This document shows positions 1 through 8,683 of a DNA stretch of 27,322 bases, piece by piece; the stretch's first letter is position 1; every line of letters starts with the position of its first letter. The position numbers and the translations under genes were made by a program. The notes under the pieces were generated by a model that searched no databases, was not told the DNA's origin, and saw only the letters and a list, made by a program, of their open reading frames with translations. The stretch is from Nitrospinota bacterium (GTDB taxonomy: Bacteria > Nitrospinota > Nitrospinia > Nitrospinales > VA-1): assembly GCA_038108555.1 (NCBI GenBank), contig JAYNIA010000022.1, positions 10,689 to 38,010 of the forward strand, read 5' to 3'.

Positions 1-539
1 CCGCCTTGACGACGTTGCTGCCCTTGTCCTCGAAAACCCTGACCGTCTTGTTGTTGGCGATTGTTACGAAAATTTTCTCTTCGGTCCTGTCGACGATCTT
101 GTCTATTATCCTGACGATCTTGCCGATTTTCCTGGAATTGTTCGCGTCTATCCTGACGTCTATCTTGCCTGTCTTCCCTGCGGTCTTGCCGGTTCTCGCG
201 AAATTCTTCTCTTCTTTCCTGTCTATTTTCCCTGCGTTCCTGACGGTTTTCCTGAAATTGCTCGCGTCTATCTTGACGCCTCTCCTGTCTGTCTTCGCGA
301 CGTTCTTGCCTATTCTCTAAAAACTCTTCCCGCCTTTCCTGTCTTTGCTGCCTTCTTTCTTCTCTTTTTTGTTTAAATTCTTCGCGCCGTTGTTGAAATT
401 GTTACTGCCTTTGCTGGCGCCTTTCTTCAAAAGTTTCTCTTCGGGTCTCTTCCGTATCTTCAATGGAAATCTGACCCCATCCGGTCCCCGCACTTAAAGC
501 TACAAACAATACTGCTCCCAGCAATCGCAAGCCATTCAT
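1..539 (-). pseudogene. Secreted R/Q/E/D-rich charged helical repeat protein interrupted by an in-frame TAA at codon 46 (402-404); 3' end lies beyond the window
   Basis: ATG at 539 with RBS AAGGAGGG directly upstream. Manual translation: MNGLRLLGAVLFVALSAGTGWG (signal peptide-like) QISIEDTEETRRETFEERRQQRQ*QFQQRREEFKQKREERRQQRQERREEFLENRQERREDRQERRQDRREQFQENRQ..., open to position 1 apart from that single stop. It may be an intact gene with a sequencing error. Confidence 0.75.
121..360. repeat. Imperfect 120-nt (40-codon) tandem repeat inside the charged-repeat gene
   Basis: 121-180 (tgccgattttcctggaattgttcgcgtctatcctgacg...) aligns without gaps to 241-300 (tgacggttttcctgaaattgctcgcgtctatcttgacg...). 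Both encode RRQDRREQFQENRQ on the minus strand. Confidence 0.8.
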
Positions 540-564
540 AACCCTCCTTAATTTTTAAGAAAAA

Positions 565-1449
565 CTATTTTTTGGATGATTTGGTTAGCTGGCTCATAAC
601 CGTCTCGGTTTCCGCTTCCACTTCTTCCCGTTTTCTCCATTCCCAGACTTTCAAATGCGCTCCCATATAATAGGTATGGTCAAGCAAAGACTCTCCGTCC
701 ATGACGCCCCAGCGGCCATCTTCAACTTCGGTCAACGCTTCGTAAATTGGATTTTCTACAGAGGTATAAAGCAACTCAAGATCGGCTGGGGTTACTTTTT
801 GCCCCAACAAAATTTTTACGGAAGTATCATCTATTTCAAAATCATCCTGAATAGCTTTAAGGGCATCTGCCTTCGACTTACCTTCTTTGATACCCTCCTG
901 CATTTTTTCTTCTATGGTTTTGTTGCGCCTCGCAAAAGGATAATGTGTATAGCCAAGATCTTTACCCACATGGAAATCCATATCCGGAAAATAAAGATAG
1001 GACCAGTCTTCAAAATCCACTTCTGTTTCTTCTGAAACACCCAGTTCTTTGGCCTTTTCTGGAGATTCGATCAGCATCCGGTTATATACCTTAATGAACT
1101 CTTTCATGCTTTCAAAAACCACAGCATGGTAAAAGGAATTCATGCGGTACCAGTTGTTGGTCGAATTCTGGCCATTCATCAACTTTCTCAACATCTGCAT
1201 GAGGGTTTCAGCATCTGCAAATTGATGCGAAATTGGAAAAAAGTCTTTTAAAAATTGGGTAAGTGCACCGCTTTCAGAGGAGTCCATGCTTTCCTGAAGC
1301 TTATTTTTTGCATATTCCAAAGAATGTCTGACTAAATTGACATGGTTTAGCTTTCGCTGATAGTCCATGTATTGCTTCAGTTCGTTGTTTTCACTTTCTT
1401 TAGAATTGGTAGGTTTGTTCTGGGTAATGTCTAACGCAAAAGCAAGCAT
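565..1449 (-). CDS. Hypothetical protein (294 aa, acidic, likely helical, cytoplasmic)
   Basis: Long ORF with globular-protein composition, upstream sigma70-like promoter, and 25 nt from the next minus-strand gene. No family motif recognised. Confidence 0.8.
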   Translation of the reverse strand: MLAFALDITQNKPTNSKESENNELKQYMDYQRKLNHVNLVRHSLEYAKNKLQESMDSSESGALTQFLKDFFPISHQFADAETLMQMLRKLMNGQNSTNNWYRMNSFYHAVVFESMKEFIKVYNRMLIESPEKAKELGVSEETEVDFEDWSYLYFPDMDFHVGKDLGYTHYPFARRNKTIEEKMQEGIKEGKSKADALKAIQDDFEIDDTSVKILLGQKVTPADLELLYTSVENPIYEALTEVEDGRWGVMDGESLLDHTYYMGAHLKVWEWRKREEVEAETETVMSQLTKSSKK

Positions 1450-1511
1450 GTAGGGTTCTCTTCCAAAAGGGTTTTAATGAAGAAATTAATCAAATATAAT
1501 GAATAGTTTAT

Positions 1512-1541
1512 AAGATAATTTAATTTCCCCCTCCCTGTCAA
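1512..1541 (-). promoter_or_regulatory. sigma70-type promoter for the 294-aa gene
   Basis: TTGACA (1541-1536), 18-nt spacer, TATCTT (1517-1512) on the minus strand. Confidence 0.6.
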
Positions 1542-1733
1542 CCCGCCCTCTGGCGAGGGCAGGCAGCTGGGACTTTTCTTGTAAATCATAAAAGAGTGAT
1601 TTCCCCTTTTACAATTGTTCATCTTTATTTCCAGTTTGATGTGATTTTTGCGTATCTAAATCCAGAAGCTTTATGGCATTTGTATCGCAGGAAAAAGCGT
1701 GGACCTATTCCCTCCCCACGGGAGTGGGGGTGG

Positions 1734-1762
1734 TTGACAAGGGTAGTGGGGTCTGATAGCGT
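1734..1762 (+). promoter_or_regulatory. sigma70-type promoter for hflKC
   Basis: TTGACA (1734-1739), 17-nt spacer, TAGCGT (1757-1762) with extended -10 TG at 1754-1755; about 50 nt before the hflK ATG. Confidence 0.65.
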
Positions 1763-1813
1763 AACTCCCATTGTTTAGACTATTTAATAATCTTTTTTGG
1801 ATGCGATAAAAGT

Positions 1814-2875
1814 ATGCCCTGGGACGATTTACACGATTCTAAAGAACCTGATGACAGGTTTAAAAATAGAGGTGGCCAGGGAGGTGGAGGGCAAGGTGGC
1901 CCATCAAAACCTCCTTTTGATATTCCGCAAATAAAAGTACCTCAATTCAAACCTTCGATGCTCGTGGGCATCATTCTTTTATTATTGGTGGTTTGGATTA
2001 TCCCGGGGACATTCTATTTTGTAGAGCCCGATGAAGAAGGCGTGGTGACCCGGTTTGGGAAATTCAGTCGCACCACAACGCCCGGACTCCATTTTAAATT
2101 TCCCTCACCTATAGAGCATGCGGCGACACCCAAAATCACACAGGTCAGACGTGCAGAAATTGGTTTTCGTGCAGCCCAGGGAAGACCCACGCAAAAGGTC
2201 CCTGCAGAGTCACTCATGCTTACAGGGGATCAAAACATTGTCGACATCAATCTGGTGGTTCAGTACCGAATAATGGATTCGGTAGCTTACCTGTTTAATG
2301 TTCGCCGACCGCACAAACTGATTCGGGACGCAGCCGAAACGGTTATTCGTGGAATCACCGGCAGTAAAAAAATTGATGAAGCTCTGACAACGGGAAAAGC
2401 CGAAATTCAGGTATTGGCTAAAGATCAAATTCAGGGACTTTTAGACAAATATAAGTCAGGACTGCAAGTGATAACCATCCAGCTTCAAGACGTGAACCCT
2501 CCGGAGCAGGTTGCGGATTCATTTAAAGATGTTGTTCGAGCCCGTGAAGATAAGGAAAGAATGATCAATGAAGCTCAGGGGTATCGAAATGCAGTGATCC
2601 CCGAAGCCCGTGGACAAGCCGCCCAAATAGTTCGGATTGCTGAGGGTTACCGGGAAGAAAAAATCAAAAAAGCCGAGGGTGATGCCAAGCGATTCCTTCA
2701 ACAGTATCAGGAATATAAAAAAGCTCCTGACATCACTCGAAAGCGAATCTATCTTGAGACCATGGAAGAAATCCTTCCCGATATCAATAAGGTTTTAATG
2801 GAAAATAGAAAAGGCAGTGGTATTTTACCCATCCTTCCTTTAGGCAAGAACTCGGTCCTGGGAGGTAAACAATAA
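1814..2875 (+). CDS. hflK: FtsH protease activity modulator HflK (SPFH/band 7)
   Basis: MPW start, Gly-rich N-terminus, single TM helix, GVVTRFGK, SLMLTGDQNIVD, LQDVNPPEQV, APDITRKRIYLETME; directly upstream of hflC. Confidence 0.96.
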   Translation: MPWDDLHDSKEPDDRFKNRGGQGGGGQGGPSKPPFDIPQIKVPQFKPSMLVGIILLLLVVWIIPGTFYFVEPDEEGVVTRFGKFSRTTTPGLHFKFPSPIEHAATPKITQVRRAEIGFRAAQGRPTQKVPAESLMLTGDQNIVDINLVVQYRIMDSVAYLFNVRRPHKLIRDAAETVIRGITGSKKIDEALTTGKAEIQVLAKDQIQGLLDKYKSGLQVITIQLQDVNPPEQVADSFKDVVRAREDKERMINEAQGYRNAVIPEARGQAAQIVRIAEGYREEKIKKAEGDAKRFLQQYQEYKKAPDITRKRIYLETMEEILPDINKVLMENRKGSGILPILPLGKNSVLGGKQ

Positions 2876-2877
2876 CC

Positions 2878-3729
2878 ATGAAGCAAAACTCTTTTATTGT
2901 AGCTGGCGTTATTGCCATCATCATTCTTTCCCAATCCATGTTCATGGTGCATATGACGCAAAGCGTCATTGTTCTGGAACTCCAGAAACCTAAAAAAATC
3001 ATTACGGAACCGGGTCTCAACTTCAAGATTCCATTTCTTCAACAAATCAAAAAGTTTTCCAACCAGTTACTGGATAACGACTCCCCCCCGGCAGAGGTTA
3101 TTACCAGGGACAAGAAAAACCTGTTGATCGACAATTTCACCATGTTCCGCATTGCCGATCCCCTGAAATTTCTGGAAACAGTTCGTGGGGAACAGGGTGC
3201 TCGAGCACGGCTGAATGATATTGTTTACTCGGAACTGCGCGTTGAAATCGGTCAACATGACCTGATCGATATCATTACCGAAACACGGGATGCCATCATG
3301 GCAAAAGTTACCAAGGAATCAAATATTAAGGCTGCAGAATATGGTCTCGAAGTGGTCGAGGTAAGAGTCAAGCGCACCGATCTTCCCCCGGAGATCGCCA
3401 ACTCCATATTCAATCGAATGCGTACCGAACGTGAACGAATCGCCATGGAATACCGGTCTGAGGGCAAGGAAGAAGCAACAAAAATCAGAGCAGAAACAGA
3501 TAAGGAAAAAACCATTATTGTTGCAGAAGCTTATAAACAGGAACAGGAGATTCGGGGTGAGGGAGATGGAATGGCAACAAAAATCTATGCGGATGCGTTT
3601 AATAAAGACCCCAAGTTCTATTCATTTATGAGATCCATGGAAGCTTATAAAAAATCTTTAAAAACCGAAACAACTCTCCTAATGTCTGAGGATTCCGATT
3701 TTCTGGGATTTCTTAATAAATCCAAATAA
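2878..3729 (+). CDS. hflC: FtsH protease activity modulator HflC
   Basis: N-terminal TM, EPGLNFKIPF, ITRDKKNLLID, FNRMRTERERIA, IRGEGD, DPKFYSFMRSMEAY. Confidence 0.96.
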   Translation: MKQNSFIVAGVIAIIILSQSMFMVHMTQSVIVLELQKPKKIITEPGLNFKIPFLQQIKKFSNQLLDNDSPPAEVITRDKKNLLIDNFTMFRIADPLKFLETVRGEQGARARLNDIVYSELRVEIGQHDLIDIITETRDAIMAKVTKESNIKAAEYGLEVVEVRVKRTDLPPEIANSIFNRMRTERERIAMEYRSEGKEEATKIRAETDKEKTIIVAEAYKQEQEIRGEGDGMATKIYADAFNKDPKFYSFMRSMEAYKKSLKTETTLLMSEDSDFLGFLNKSK

Positions 3730-3808
3730 CCGGCTCTCCCTATACGGGGTGGAAAAAAAAACAAGAACCTCTTATTATTGTAATGAGACTTTTTTTCTTT
3801 AAGGTCGC

Positions 3809-5176
3809 ATGAGAATACTCATAGTTGGAGCGGGAATAGTCGGGTTTAATCTTGCCCAGGAACTTTCGCAAGAAGGTCATGATGTCGCCATTGTAGATAT
3901 GGATCTTGACCGTACACGGCGGATCTCAGATACGCTGGATGTCATGGCCATTCATGGCAATGCCTGCCTGCCCAGTGTTTTGATTAAGGCAGGAATCAAG
4001 TCCACCGAAATGCTGATTGCGGTTACTGAAAAGGACGAGATCAATTTGCTCGCCTGCTTTCTCGCTTCGCGATTCGATGTACCCAATCGGTTTGCGCGAT
4101 TAAGGGACATGGAATACACTTCCAATGGCAGTGCCCTCTCCACCCAGGATTTATATATCGATCAGGCCATCAATCCTCCCCAGATAATGGTGGAAACCAT
4201 TTTGAAGTTTCTTGAAACTCCCGGTGTGGTCAACGTTGCCGAGTTCGCGGACGGGGAGGTTCTTTTAAGGGAATTCGACGTTCCGGAGAACGCACCTATT
4301 GCCGGAAAGTCCATTCAGGATATTCGTAATGTCACCATGATGGAATCGTTCCTAATTGTTGCCATCGTTCGCGATGGAGAATTAGTTCTCCCTAAAGACG
4401 AAGATATCATTCATGCAGGGGACCGATTTTATACCCTGGTCGACAAAGAGTTTCTACCCTTTTTGCTTCCCATGCTGAACAAAACCCTGGATGAAGTTGA
4501 AAAAGTCATCATCTATGGGGCCACTCCCATGGCCATACATCTCGCCAAGGATTTAGAGGAAAGAAATCACGATGTGCGAATCATTGAGCCTTCAAGGGAC
4601 ATGGCCCATGCGGCAGCAGATGTATTAAAGCGAACTGTCGTTATGCATGGAAGTGGAACGGATATGGATTTGTTCAACGAAATTAATATGAAAGATGCAG
4701 ATTTTTTCCTGGCTCTTTCCGACGATGATGAAAATAATATCCTTTCCGCTTTACTGGCTAAAAAGTATGGCGCGAAAAGGGCCCTGGTAATTACCAACGA
4801 TCCGGAATACCTGCCCATTCTTGACTCTATTGGGATGGATATCACCATCAATCCCAGACTAATAACAGTTAGTGCCATATTGAAGCATCTTCGAAAAGGC
4901 CGGGTGATGTCGGTTTTTAAACTGATCGAAGATGCCGAGGTTATGGAAATCGGGGTGGAATCGGATTCCTCCATTGTTGACAAAAAAATTTCGAAAATAA
5001 AATTCCCTAAAGAGGCCATAATTGGTGCCATTCTTAGAAAAGGGGAAATGCTGATTCCCAACGATGATATAACTCTCGAGGCAGGCGATTCCGTCATATT
5101 GGTCGCATTGCCCGGAGCCATTGAAAAAATTGAGAAACTATTTGATCGTAAGCGCTCCTTTCTTCCCTTCCGATGA
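3809..5176 (+). CDS. trkA: Trk K+ uptake system NAD-binding subunit TrkA
   Basis: MRILIVGAGIVG Rossmann motif, two RCK_N/RCK_C repeats, 455 aa; overlaps the trkH start (ATGA). Confidence 0.95.
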   Translation: MRILIVGAGIVGFNLAQELSQEGHDVAIVDMDLDRTRRISDTLDVMAIHGNACLPSVLIKAGIKSTEMLIAVTEKDEINLLACFLASRFDVPNRFARLRDMEYTSNGSALSTQDLYIDQAINPPQIMVETILKFLETPGVVNVAEFADGEVLLREFDVPENAPIAGKSIQDIRNVTMMESFLIVAIVRDGELVLPKDEDIIHAGDRFYTLVDKEFLPFLLPMLNKTLDEVEKVIIYGATPMAIHLAKDLEERNHDVRIIEPSRDMAHAAADVLKRTVVMHGSGTDMDLFNEINMKDADFFLALSDDDENNILSALLAKKYGAKRALVITNDPEYLPILDSIGMDITINPRLITVSAILKHLRKGRVMSVFKLIEDAEVMEIGVESDSSIVDKKISKIKFPKEAIIGAILRKGEMLIPNDDITLEAGDSVILVALPGAIEKIEKLFDRKRSFLPFR

Positions 5177-6645
5177 ATATCCAGGCAATATTAAATGTTG
5201 TTGGAGTTCTATTAATCCTCCTCTCCGGTCTTCTTTTGGCTCCTATTGGAGTCTCAATGTATTACGCCCACCCGGCACTAGATGGCTATATTACTGAAAC
5301 CAGTGCATTTAGCCTGACATTTGCGGGAGGACTCGTAACCGGTCTTGTTTTCTGGAAATTATTTCCATCCGGATTAGAAAAACTGCGTGACCGGGAAGGT
5401 TTTGCAATTGTCGCCTTCTCCTGGATGGCCATGTCTACCTTCGGAGCCCTTCCCCTCTACCTGACTGGAATTTGCCCCAACTTTATCGATGCTTTATTCG
5501 AAAGTACCAGCGGCTTCACAACCACCGGGGCATCGATTCTTATAGACATTGACGTAGTACCTCATGGAATCCTGTTCTGGAGAAACCTGATGCAATGGGT
5601 GGGGGGAATGGGAATCATTCTACTTTCTCTGGCCATTTTCCCCATGCTGGGTATTGGTAGTTTCCATTTATTTAAAGCTGAGATTCCCGGCGGGTCCACC
5701 GTGGAACAAACACAGCCAAGACTTGCTGAAACTGCCAAAATCCTTTGGAAAACTTACCTCGCCCTGACGATCATCGAAATAATCGCCTTGCTGTTTGCAG
5801 GGTTGGATTTATTCGATGCGGTTTGTCATACGTTTTCAACCGTGGCGACCGGTGGGTTTTCTCCCCACAATGGGAGCGTTGGAGTTTTTAACAACATCTA
5901 TATAGAAGCCATCATAATTTTATTTATGTTTTTTGGTGGAATCAATTTCGCCCTGCATTCTCAAATAGTAAGAGGGAATTTTGCAGGCGCATTAAAAAAT
6001 CCTGAATTTCGCGGTTATTGCTCTATTGTGATAATAGGCATTTTGTTTGTGACCTGGGGGCTCACCCGTGTTTCCCCTGAAGTTGATGCCAGTGAAGCAT
6101 TCAGGAACGCGGCTTTTACCGTGGTATCCATACAAACCACCACCGGGTTTGTGACCGATGATTTTAATTTATGGCCGGAATATTTGAAGCTTCTGATTTT
6201 GGGCATTATGATGGTCGGAGGCTGTTCCGGTTCCACCAGTGGCTCCTTTAAAGTTATCCGTTTTATAATTCTGATCAAAATTATATTAAGAGAACTTACA
6301 AAACTGGTTCACCCACGGGCTATTTTTCACGTAAAAGTGGGAGAAAAACCCATCAGTCCCGATGACCTTTCGAATGTTGCGGCCCTGACATTTTTGTTCA
6401 TGGGAATTTCCGCCCTAAGTGCCCTGCTTCTTTCCTTCATGGGAGTTGATCTCACCACCGCAATTTCTGCATCTATCGCTTCCTTGTTTAATATTGGCCC
6501 TGGCCTGGGTGGAGTGGGTGCCATGGGCAATTACGCCGATATTCCCTCAATGGGTAAAGGAATTCTCATTACCTGCATGTTATTGGGAAGGCTTGAAATT
6601 TATGGAATTGTTCTGCTATTCCTCCCCATTACCTGGCGCAAATAA
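5173..6645 (+). CDS. trkH: Trk K+ uptake membrane subunit TrkH
   Basis: FESTSGFTTTGAS, QWVGGMGII, STVATGGFS, TTTGF, GGCSGSTSG, NIGPGLG, MLLGRLEI motifs; many TM helices. Confidence 0.96.
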   Translation: MNIQAILNVVGVLLILLSGLLLAPIGVSMYYAHPALDGYITETSAFSLTFAGGLVTGLVFWKLFPSGLEKLRDREGFAIVAFSWMAMSTFGALPLYLTGICPNFIDALFESTSGFTTTGASILIDIDVVPHGILFWRNLMQWVGGMGIILLSLAIFPMLGIGSFHLFKAEIPGGSTVEQTQPRLAETAKILWKTYLALTIIEIIALLFAGLDLFDAVCHTFSTVATGGFSPHNGSVGVFNNIYIEAIIILFMFFGGINFALHSQIVRGNFAGALKNPEFRGYCSIVIIGILFVTWGLTRVSPEVDASEAFRNAAFTVVSIQTTTGFVTDDFNLWPEYLKLLILGIMMVGGCSGSTSGSFKVIRFIILIKIILRELTKLVHPRAIFHVKVGEKPISPDDLSNVAALTFLFMGISALSALLLSFMGVDLTTAISASIASLFNIGPGLGGVGAMGNYADIPSMGKGILITCMLLGRLEIYGIVLLFLPITWRK

Positions 6646-6721
6646 TATTTGATTAAATCAAAGATAATATTCGATTTTATCAAAGCTATGTTAAGACAAA
6701 TAAGATTTGATTTTACCAAAT
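6642..6721. repeat. Three copies of a 22-nt motif (core TTGAT-N3-ATCAA) upstream of oadA; putative transcription-factor sites
   Basis: 6642-6663 ataatatttgattaaatcaaag; 6664-6685 ataatattcgattttatcaaag (19/22 identical to copy 1); 6700-6721 ataagatttgattttaccaaat (18/22 identical to copy 2). Confidence 0.65.
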
Positions 6722-6892
6722 CAATGGCTTAGAATTTCCGCTCCTCAATCAGGGCCTTAAATCTTTAAAATAAGAAAAAAATTTTTAGGGAACCCAAGGT
6801 TCACTTGGATAAATTTTTGAGTAATTTTTAAATTTGCCTGTGAAATAACCAAAAACCTGATCGCAACCCAGAATTTTCAAGGAAATTTAGGT

Positions 6893-8683
6893 ATGGAAAC
6901 AAATCCTCTAAAAATTACCGAACTCGTTCTTAGGGACGCCCATCAATCGCTTCTTGCAACACGCATGAAAACCGAAGATATGCTGCCGATCGCTGAAAAG
7001 TTGGATCAGGTGGGGTTTTTCTCAATCGAAATGTGGGGTGGGGCTACCTTTGATACATGTATTCGTTTTCTTAATGAAGACCCTTGGGAAAGGGCTCGGG
7101 AACTCAAGAAAAAAATGCCAAAAACCCCGTTTCAAATGTTATTGCGGGGACAAAATGCTGTGGGATACCGGCATTATGCCGACGATGTGGTCGAAAGATT
7201 TGTAAAACAATCGGTGGATGTTGGAATCAATATTTTCCGGATCTTCGATGCCCTCAATGATTTCCGAAATATTGAAACGGCTGTAAAAACTGTTAAAAAA
7301 TGTGGTGAAACCGTAGAGGGCGCAATCAGCTACACCGTTAGCCCTGTTCATAACATTGAACTTTACATCAAGATGGCAAAAGATCTGGAAAACTTGGGAT
7401 CGGATATCCTGTGTATTAAGGATATGGCGGGTCTACTCACTCCAAGTGTGACGAAAGAGCTCATTACCGAATTGAAAAAGAACATCAAACTTCCTATCCA
7501 TTTGCACTCGCATGCAACCACCGGGCTGGCGGGAATGAATTTCCAATGCGCCATTGAAGCCGGGGTCGATATGGTCGATACCGCAATCTCCTGCTTATCC
7601 ATGGGAACCTCTCATTATGCCACCGAATGTATTGTGGCTGCTTTGAAGGACACTCCTCGAGACACCGGGTTGGATTTAAATCTGTTGGAAGAAATTAATG
7701 ATTACTTCAAAGAAGTTAAGAAGAACTATGCTGAATTTGAAAGTGACTTCAAAGGCGTTGACATCAACATTCTGAAATCCCAAATCCCTGGTGGAATGAT
7801 TTCCAATATGGAAAATCAATTGCGGGAACAAAATTCTCTCGACAAGCTGGATGAGGTTTTGGAGGAAGTGCCCCGGGTCAGAAAAGATATGGGATATCCG
7901 CCCCTGGTAACCCCAACCAGTCAAATTGTCGGTTCCCAGGCAACACTGAATGTTCTTACCGGAGAACGGTACAAGGTTATCACTAAAGAAACACGGCAAT
8001 GTGTGATGGGGAACTATGGGAAATTACCTGCCCCTATAGATGAAGAACTTCTTAAAAAAGTTGCCGGGGACAAAAAAGTTACAGATTGCCGACCGGCTGA
8101 CTTGCTGGAACCCGAATGGGAAGGGGTCTGTAAAGAACTTGGTGACAAATACACCAGCGAGGAAGACAGGTTAACTTACGCCTTATTCGGAAAAGTAGGT
8201 CTAAAGTTTTTCGAAACTCGAGGACAACCCGCACCTGCAAACAAACCTGCTGCTAAAGCCAAAGAGGCACCTGCAAGTGCTCCAGCAGCAAAAGCGGCAC
8301 CTGCCCCTGCAGGCGGATCATCGGTTTATCAAGTCCGGGTTAACGGGAAAAATTTCACTGTTGAAGTGGCCGCTGGAGGAGCTGGAACCATGGCTCCGGC
8401 TCCAGTTGCCGCTGCACCCGCGCCAGCTGCCCCTGCTCCGGCACCTGCTGCACCCGCCCCATCGGGAGGCGGAACTACCATACCCGCACCTTTACCGGGT
8501 TCCATTTTCTCTTTAAAAGTCAGTGCCGGTGATGCCGTTAATGAAGGCGATACCGTATTAATCATGGAGTCAATGAAAATGGAAAGTGAAGTTAAATCTC
8601 CAGTATCAGGAACGGTTCAATCGATTGCCGTCAAGGAAGGCGACAACGTACAAACCGGAGACCCACTAGCCACCATAGGATAA
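6893..8683 (+). CDS. oadA: Na+-translocating oxaloacetate decarboxylase alpha subunit (carboxyltransferase plus biotin carrier; PycB-like)
   Basis: [60 protein letters not shown], Ala/Pro linker, biotin motif ESMKME; followed by oadB. Confidence 0.93.
   Translation: METNPLKITELVLRDAHQSLLATRMKTEDMLPIAEKLDQVGFFSIEMWGGATFDTCIRFLNEDPWERARELKKKMPKTPFQMLLRGQNAVGYRHYADDVVERFVKQSVDVGINIFRIFDALNDFRNIETAVKTVKKCGETVEGAISYTVSPVHNIELYIKMAKDLENLGSDILCIKDMAGLLTPSVTKELITELKKNIKLPIHLHSHATTGLAGMNFQCAIEAGVDMVDTAISCLSMGTSHYATECIVAALKDTPRDTGLDLNLLEEINDYFKEVKKNYAEFESDFKGVDINILKSQIPGGMISNMENQLREQNSLDKLDEVLEEVPRVRKDMGYPPLVTPTSQIVGSQATLNVLTGERYKVITKETRQCVMGNYGKLPAPIDEELLKKVAGDKKVTDCRPADLLEPEWEGVCKELGDKYTSEEDRLTYALFGKVGLKFFETRGQPAPANKPAAKAKEAPASAPAAKAAPAPAGGSSVYQVRVNGKNFTVEVAAGGAGTMAPAPVAAAPAPAAPAPAPAAPAPSGGGTTIPAPLPGSIFSLKVSAGDAVNEGDTVLIMESMKMESEVKSPVSGTVQSIAVKEGDNVQTGDPLATIG

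Noticed and set aside
6..320. 104-aa hydrophobic + strand ORF (L/S/F/I repeats)
   Set aside because: Antisense shadow of the R/Q/E/D repeat gene on the minus strand, which has the RBS and signal peptide.
402..404. Stop-codon reassignment of TAA
   Set aside because: hflK, hflC, trkH, oadA, oadB and rpsU end at TAA at their expected C-termini.
1431..1778. Short ORFs 1431..1622 (-) and 1596..1778 (+)
   Set aside because: They overlap the promoter region, and have no clear RBS or protein-like motif.
6649..6661. FNR box
   Set aside because: The spacer is 3 nt (TTGAT-TAA-ATCAA), not the 4 nt FNR requires; reported as an unknown motif instead.
6642..6721. Mini CRISPR array
   Set aside because: Two copies are directly adjacent with no spacer, the copies are degenerate, and there are no cas genes.
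8225..8490. GC-rich gcacct/gctcc repeats in oadA
   Set aside because: They encode the normal Ala/Pro linker before the biotin domain.
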